From NCBI GenBank assembly GCA_023251235.1, contig JAHEZE010000004.1, positions 654 to 64,653 on the forward strand: a DNA stretch of 64,000 bases, given 5' to 3'. This document shows, one piece after another, positions 62,744-64,000 of this stretch (within the stretch, counting starts at the first letter, position 1; every line of letters begins with the position of its first letter). The notes beneath the pieces were generated by a model, which saw only the letters and a list, made by a program, of their open reading frames with translations, ran no database searches and was not told where the DNA came from. The DNA comes from Sphingobacteriales bacterium. GTDB lineage: Bacteria; Bacteroidota; Bacteroidia; Chitinophagales; Chitinophagaceae. The position numbers were made by a program, and so were the translations under genes.

Positions 62744-63808
62744 TCATTTTAGTGCCTTATTTATACTTTCCCATAAAAGATCAGCAGTTCGCTGAGTGGT
62801 AAAATTGCCGGCGATTGCTTTCCCCTTTTCAGATAATTGTGAATGCAGGTTTTCATCGGTATAGATACGCATCATTTTTTCACTTAACTCTTTAAAATTT
62901 CCGGAACCGGCATACAAAGCACATTCATCAGCCACTTCTTTAATAACAGAATCCTCAAAAACAATTAACGGCACTCCGCATTGCATGGCCTGTAACCCCT
63001 TAATCATGGAATCTTCATTAGTATATGGATGAATAACGGCATATGCTGAGGCTGTTATTTTTTCCATATCAGTCTGTCTATCTAAAATTTTTACATCATG
63101 CCGGTATTTATACATTTCAAAATCTTTTTTATATAATCCTGGCGGGGTTGAATAAATTAATAATTGCATATTACTTTGTTGTCTTTTTTTAAACCAGGAA
63201 AAAGCTTTCAAAATATTTATAAAGTTTTCCCTATTCTTCATCACACCCGTAAACAAAAAGAATTCTTTACTATCGCAAACTGTTTTTTTAATTTTTTCTT
63301 TCTCTCCCGTGCTTAGCGGTTCATAATTTTTCCCTGCAAATGCATAACAAACATCAACTTTCTTATCCGGCAATTGAAACTGACAGGTTATGCTGATTTT
63401 TACTTTTTCAGATAGTACAGCAATTGATTTTGCTTTTCTTAAATAGTTTGAATTCAGTTTTTCATCCTTCAATATTATCAAACAATGAGGTGTCGCAGCT
63501 GACACAGAACAATTATCATCAAATGAAACCACCACATCGGCCTTCGTCTTCTTAAGTATCAATGGAATTTTCCATTGTTTCCAGTAATTTTTCAGCCTGT
63601 TATCAGATGCCTTATTAATAATAATCCAATCAATATTTGAAGAAGAAATAAATCCGGTATCTGGCGAATTATCGGAAAGAAATAAAAATTGATTATCCGG
63701 GTGTTGCTTCGTAATCTCCTGCAACGTTTGAAAAATAAATTCCTTGCTGCTGTGGGTTAATTTTTCCGGCAGTTTTTGTAAACAAACAGCAATAATCATA
63801 ATGCGCAA
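62744..63808 (-). CDS. Glycosyltransferase (GT4/GT1-like)
   Basis: 354 aa with a C-terminal GT-B region (E.....GLQAMQCGVPLI). Confidence 0.65.
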   Translation of the reverse strand: MRIMIIAVCLQKLPEKLTHSSKEFIFQTLQEITKQHPDNQFLFLSDNSPDTGFISSSNIDWIIINKASDNRLKNYWKQWKIPLILKKTKADVVVSFDDNCSVSAATPHCLIILKDEKLNSNYLRKAKSIAVLSEKVKISITCQFQLPDKKVDVCYAFAGKNYEPLSTGEKEKIKKTVCDSKEFFLFTGVMKNRENFINILKAFSWFKKRQQSNMQLLIYSTPPGLYKKDFEMYKYRHDVKILDRQTDMEKITASAYAVIHPYTNEDSMIKGLQAMQCGVPLIVFEDSVIKEVADECALYAGSGNFKELSEKMMRIYTDENLHSQLSEKGKAIAGNFTTQRTADLLWESINKALK

Positions 63809-64000
63809 AGATAAACGCTGTGGCTTTGGTCAGGGAAAATTCAATTTCTTCACTGAATAAACGGGCAAGAACCGTTCGTAAAAAAGAAAAAATCCTCAGG
63901 CATTTTTACTTATTGATTTTTCTTATCTTATTCAGATTCTTTTCCAATTTACCCCTGCTGTTATTACAGTAAGAATTGCTTTTTATTTTCATGAATTATC

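Overview
This 64-kb chromosomal window comes from a low-GC Bacteroidota genome. That assignment is an inference from gene content: gldH, gldC, a uppS-bamA-skp-skp-murI cluster, DUF1080/Gfo-Idh-MocA pairs and a TolC-MFP-RND order. I call about 61 protein-coding genes, nearly all core housekeeping. They cover DNA repair and replication (radA, holB, mutL), envelope biogenesis (lpxD, bamA, two skp, uppS, murI, dacB, psd, cdsA), translation and RNA (pheS, tadA, dusB, rpmH-rnpA-yidD), redox defence (two glutathione peroxidases, SOD), one AcrB-type efflux cluster and one two-component system. I found no rRNA, tRNA, CRISPR array, transposase, integrase, phage gene or recognisable defence system, so I do not claim a novel gene-encoded system. 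The unusual content is a dense layer of miniature repeats. (1) At least 14 degenerate tandem arrays of 7-nt units (8-nt at one locus) lie at 12 loci. They are often arranged as inverted pairs exactly at gene boundaries, and four lie in frame inside holB, mutL (two arrays) and pheS. (2) A GC-rich palindrome, CCTGCC-N3-5-GGCAGGCAGGCA, occurs four times. Two copies are read in the same frame inside CDSs and give the peptide LPDRQA. (3) A 48-nt element occurs three times. (4) An orphan intrinsic terminator in the largest non-coding gap suggests a small RNA. All functional readings of these repeats are hypotheses that need comparative and transcriptomic tests.
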